A stretch of 64,000 nucleotides of DNA. It comes from a virus (lineage: Duplodnaviria > Caudoviricetes). How positions within the stretch are numbered: position 1 is the stretch's first letter; every line of letters begins with the position of its first letter. The notes beneath the pieces were generated by a model. The model made no database searches and was not told where the DNA came from. It was given only the letters and a program-made list of their open reading frames with translations. Location: IMG/VR virus record IMGVR_UViG_3300037067_006044, positions 37,565 through 101,564 of that record. One strand, given 5' to 3'. Both the position numbers and the translations under genes were made by a program. Positions 60,268 through 64,000 of the stretch are shown piece by piece.

Positions 60268-61122
60268 TCAGATAATTTTAATACTATTATCATTATTTCT
60301 AATTGGTGGAAATTCCCATTTATCAAAGAAATATTTAAATGCCATTTGTTCTTTAGTTGTAAATTCATTTTTATTTATAGTTGTCATTTCATCTGTATTT
60401 TTAGTAGCTTTACCTCCAAAATGATAAAAAGAACAATTATAAATTCTAATACTTTTCATTTTATTTAATTGTAATTTAGTAAAGAAATCTAAATCTACAA
60501 TGTGAGGACTTTTATAAGATAAATCCCATCCACCTACTTTTAAATAATCTGTTCTTTTCATAAAAAGAGGAAAAGTCCATCCGGTATAATCATCTTTTAA
60601 TAATGATTTAATAGATAATTCATATTCAGTAAATTCATCTAAATTAAATTCTTTTATTTTAGTTCCAAATGATTTAATATTATATTGTTTAAATATGCTT
60701 GGTTTCGGTTCTATTTGATTAGGAACAATAAAGAAATTAGATTCTGTTTCTGAAATTGTTTTATATTTATCTAATAATATTTTATCCCAGTCTTTAGGAA
60801 ATACATTATCATCATTTACAATTAAAAGATAATTAGATTGACAATAATGAACTCCAATATTAGTAGAATATGATAATCCTTCATTTTGTTTTAAATTAAT
60901 ATATTTAAAATTGTTATTATGAAGATTTTTATATTTTTCAATTACTTTTTCATTTATCTTATAATGACCATCAATGATAACATAAACATCAAAATTATCA
61001 TTGTTATTACAATTTTTATAAAGACTTTCAATGCATAAATCTAAATAGTCTGGTTCTTTATAAGTTGGTATTATTACCCCTATGTTATTTTTCATATTTT
61101 TATTTTTAATTAAAATGGACAA
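60268..61122 (-). CDS. family 2 glycosyltransferase
   Basis: VIIPTY, NEGLS...N, VNDD, VGGWD, D.DF. Confidence 0.9.
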   Translation of the reverse strand: MSILIKNKNMKNNIGVIIPTYKEPDYLDLCIESLYKNCNNNDNFDVYVIIDGHYKINEKVIEKYKNLHNNNFKYINLKQNEGLSYSTNIGVHYCQSNYLLIVNDDNVFPKDWDKILLDKYKTISETESNFFIVPNQIEPKPSIFKQYNIKSFGTKIKEFNLDEFTEYELSIKSLLKDDYTGWTFPLFMKRTDYLKVGGWDLSYKSPHIVDLDFFTKLQLNKMKSIRIYNCSFYHFGGKATKNTDEMTTINKNEFTTKEQMAFKYFFDKWEFPPIRNNDNSIKII

Positions 61123-61409
61123 TTTTCAACAATATCTAAAGAATCAACAAAATTAAATTCACCAGTTTTAAAATACTTATTGATAAAAGAAATTGGGAAA
61201 ATAGGAATTAATAAAATTATAATTGGAATGGATATTAAAAAATAAAAATAATCATACAATTTAATATCTCTTAAAAAGAATAATGGAATAATAGGAATGA
61301 AAACAATTAATAATAATGATTTGATAATCCATAATATATATTGAATTAAACAATTTAAAATCATTAATGGTGTTAATAAAACTTTAATGTATTTATTTTT
61401 TATTTTCAT
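61110..61409 (-). CDS. membrane protein
   Basis: Two long hydrophobic segments. Confidence 0.6.
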   Translation of the reverse strand: MKIKNKYIKVLLTPLMILNCLIQYILWIIKSLLLIVFIPIIPLFFLRDIKLYDYFYFLISIPIIILLIPIFPISFINKYFKTGEFNFVDSLDIVENCPF

Positions 61410-61412
61410 GAT

Positions 61413-61655
61413 TTAATTAAATAAGTGTTGATTATAATCTTTTCTTTCATTCCATTTGGCTTCAAATGTATTTTCGTCTGCTGGTATTTTTGATATTAAT
61501 AAACTATCGACTTCGCAATAACCGAATCCATTATTTTCACAATAATGTTGAGCATCTTGAATTGATATTCCTTCTATATCAGGACCGACAAAAGTGTTTA
61601 ATTCTTTTGTGATTGGATTTATTGCTTTAATTAATGTCGTATATGTATTTTTCAT
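61413..61655 (-). CDS. hypothetical protein
   Basis: 80-aa ORF. Confidence 0.7.
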   Translation of the reverse strand: MKNTYTTLIKAINPITKELNTFVGPDIEGISIQDAQHYCENNGFGYCEVDSLLISKIPADENTFEAKWNERKDYNQHLFN

Positions 61656-62056
61656 AATTTAATATAAAATTGTTGATTACCTTTTTCAATCATATTTTTA
61701 TCTAATCCTTTTCCGATGATTGTTTTAGATAATGGAATTTCATTATCTGGAAATATTAATCTTTTATTTAATTCTAAGATAACTTCAGTTATTAAAATAG
61801 AATTATCTAATTGTCTTAAATTTGAATTTATGAATTCTTATAATTCTTCAGTTGATTTATTTTCTAAATTCATATTTTAATTTTGTTTTAATTTTGATAT
61901 TTCAATATCAAGTTGTTTTAAATCATATTCCAACTGTTTCTTATAAACAGTATTTTCAGTAATATATTTTAATTCAGATAAAATAAGAGATTCTTTTTTG
62001 CATTAATGACTTAATTTTATCTTCTACTTTAATTTTCTTTTTTGAACTTCTCATTT

Positions 62057-62302
62057 TTAATAAATTGATATTAATTTTTTAACTTTATCTGCATATTCGT
62101 ATTCTTCTCTATCAATGAAATATTTTAAAAGTCCTTTTAAGTCTTTAGGATTTTTCTTAATATTTATTTTAGAATATATATAAGGTATTCTCAATGATAT
62201 TTCTTTACTGTGATAGTTATCAATCACGAATTTATATATTGGTGTTTTATCTTCTAAATATTTTAGAAATGATTTTTCAGAAGTTACGTCTATTGTCATC
62301 AT
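62057..62302 (-). CDS. hypothetical protein with UvrB/C-like terminal motif
   Basis: FIDREEYEYADKVKKLI. Confidence 0.55.
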   Translation of the reverse strand: MMTIDVTSEKSFLKYLEDKTPIYKFVIDNYHSKEISLRIPYIYSKINIKKNPKDLKGLLKYFIDREEYEYADKVKKLISIY

Positions 62303-62303
62303 T

Positions 62304-62618
62304 TTAATTTTGATATTGAAGTTGAATATTATCTATTATTTCCGTGAAGTCTGTTTTATTATCAGTTAATAAATTTAATTGATTTATTAAATAAGTTTTA
62401 AAATTAGAATCAATTAATTTTTGATTTCCATTTATTAATTCTTTTAAATATAAATATCCTTTGGTTGTTAAATTATAAATATATTCTCCTTTTTTAATTG
62501 TAAAAGTTTTATCTATTAATTCTCTTTTAATTAAATCATTTATAACTTCTGATTTCTCAGTTGTTAATATTCCATTTGGATTTTTAGATAATTGAAATAA
62601 TAATTCTTTTTCTGTCAT
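62304..62618 (-). CDS. putative winged-helix protein
   Basis: LIKRELI...YNLTTKGYLYL. Confidence 0.5.
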   Translation of the reverse strand: MTEKELLFQLSKNPNGILTTEKSEVINDLIKRELIDKTFTIKKGEYIYNLTTKGYLYLKELINGNQKLIDSNFKTYLINQLNLLTDNKTDFTEIIDNIQLQYQN

Positions 62619-62688
62619 AAATTAATAATTATAAAATATATTTTATATTTATAATTAAAAATATAATTTATTTAAAAATTAAAACAAA

Positions 62689-63207
62689 ATGGAAACTGAT
62701 AATAATTATGTTGGAAAATATTATGATTATTCTAAAGACTTTGTTTATCAATCTTATAATGAAAGATTTGAAGTGATTCAAGAATCAATTAAAAATACAA
62801 AAGAATTAATATCTGAAGACACAATACCAGAAAAGTATTTTGTATATGTTTATTTAGACCCAAGAAATAAAGGAGAATATAGATATGGAAACTTTGTATT
62901 TGAATATGCTCCATTTTATGTTGGAAAAGGAACTGGTGATAGATTATATGCACATCTATATTATAGTAAAAAGAAAATAAAAAGCATTAAACATTTTGTA
63001 ATTGAACAAATAAAAATTAAAACTAAAAGACTTCCAATTATAATTAAAGTATTAGATAATGTTACAGAAGAAGCTGCATTTGATTTAGAAAATTATCTTA
63101 TTAATTCTATTGGTAGAATTTGTAATACTACTGGTATTCTTACTAATAAAGTTTCAGGACATAAAACAGAATGGGAACATTTCGTGAATAAACATAAAAA
63201 AGTGTAA
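62689..63207 (+). CDS. GIY-YIG (LEM-3-like) nuclease domain protein
   Basis: FVYVYLDPR...PFYVGKGTGDR...AFDLE..LI...LTN. Confidence 0.8.
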   Translation: METDNNYVGKYYDYSKDFVYQSYNERFEVIQESIKNTKELISEDTIPEKYFVYVYLDPRNKGEYRYGNFVFEYAPFYVGKGTGDRLYAHLYYSKKKIKSIKHFVIEQIKIKTKRLPIIIKVLDNVTEEAAFDLENYLINSIGRICNTTGILTNKVSGHKTEWEHFVNKHKKV

Positions 63208-63239
63208 AATTGATTTCGTTTAACTGTTTGATACAAACA

Positions 63240-63363
63240 AAGATGTTAAGAAAAAACCTACGACATATGTATATATTAAATTTTTATTATTATTTATTAA
63301 AAACGTCTTTTCTTTTGTTTATATCATTTCTTTTCTTTATCTTTGTTTAAAATTAATAATATG
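63240..63363 (+). repeat. dispersed ~120-bp promoter-bearing repeat
   Basis: Near-identical to 42226-42346; contains TTTG-N20-TATCTTTG at 63314-63345. Confidence 0.9.
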
Positions 63364-63876
63364 ATAAAAACTATTTTACTTGATTTAGACAATACTTTAA
63401 TTGAAACACAATCATATTTCATAAATCAAAAACAAAAAGAACAAGAATCATTTATTTTAGATGGAAGAAAATATTTTGTTTATTTTAGACCTTATTTAAA
63501 AGAATTATTTCAATTCTTATTTTCAAATTTTAAAATAGGAATTTATACATCTGCAACTAAATCATATGCAATAAATATTATATCATCATTTTATAATAAT
63601 GATTTTATTTCTTTAGAACAAAAAGAAAAATTGATAAAAACATTATTACATAGAAAGGATTTAAAAGGAAAAGATGAAATAAAAGATTTATATTTTGCAT
63701 CTAAATATCATAATGTAGAATTTAATGAAATATTATTAATTGATGATAATCCTTATTATCCACATAAATCACAAATATTAAATAAGAAAGTTTATTGGGA
63801 TAAAGATGAAATAAATGACAAATTCATATTAACATTAATTAGATTTTTAAAAATTAAATATAAATCAAATGAATAA
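63361..63876 (+). CDS. NIF/FCP1-like HAD phosphatase
   Basis: LLDLDNTLI, FRPYL, IYTSA...YA, KDL, LIDDNP. Confidence 0.85.
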   Translation: MIKTILLDLDNTLIETQSYFINQKQKEQESFILDGRKYFVYFRPYLKELFQFLFSNFKIGIYTSATKSYAINIISSFYNNDFISLEQKEKLIKTLLHRKDLKGKDEIKDLYFASKYHNVEFNEILLIDDNPYYPHKSQILNKKVYWDKDEINDKFILTLIRFLKIKYKSNE

Positions 63877-64000
63877 ATTAGAAACATTAAATAATAAAAA
63901 ACAAGAATTAAAAAATCAAATAAAAGTTATCAATAAAGAGATAGAAAAACTTGAATATGATGACAGATATAATCAATTAATATCATTTTTGGGAAAATAT

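Noticed and set aside
1-64000. Stop-codon reassignment (code 15 or 4)
   Set aside because: Long conserved genes are intact in code 11, TAG and TGA end genes at sensible positions, and no suppressor tRNA was seen.

Overview
Very AT-rich (about 20% GC by eye), gene-dense segment of a large T4-like/jumbo myophage genome read in standard code 11. Eleven exact TTTG-N19/20-TAnnTTTG promoters point to a Bacteroidota host. Virion and late genes: gp19-like tail tube, spike-like protein, hub-amidase fusion and a gp55-like sigma factor. DNA metabolism: NAD ligase, compact PolA, degenerate PolB palm, three DNA methyltransferases and a ParB-like protein. Counter-defence and auxiliary genes: PARP-like ADP-ribosyltransferase, macrodomain, Acb1-like 2H phosphoesterase, Hsp20, two GT2 enzymes and a CoiA-LRR fusion. 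Mobile elements: several free-standing endonucleases, two intact TnpB-only elements and one TnpB remnant. The most striking locus is 34056-37047. A 679-aa gene with a probable TerD-like C-terminus is flanked by five copies of a covarying structured RNA motif with an invariant UUACUUCUA. The locus also holds tRNA-Glu, tRNA-Lys and two tRNA-Arg(UCU)-like RNAs that carry a circularly permuted copy of the same motif inside the anticodon stem. This is a candidate Y-RNA-like ribonucleoprotein or tRNA-decoy system. A second notable pattern is a shared C-terminal [LIF]F[ENK]F tag on six unrelated DNA-acting enzymes. All family calls come from motif recognition by eye; no searches were run.
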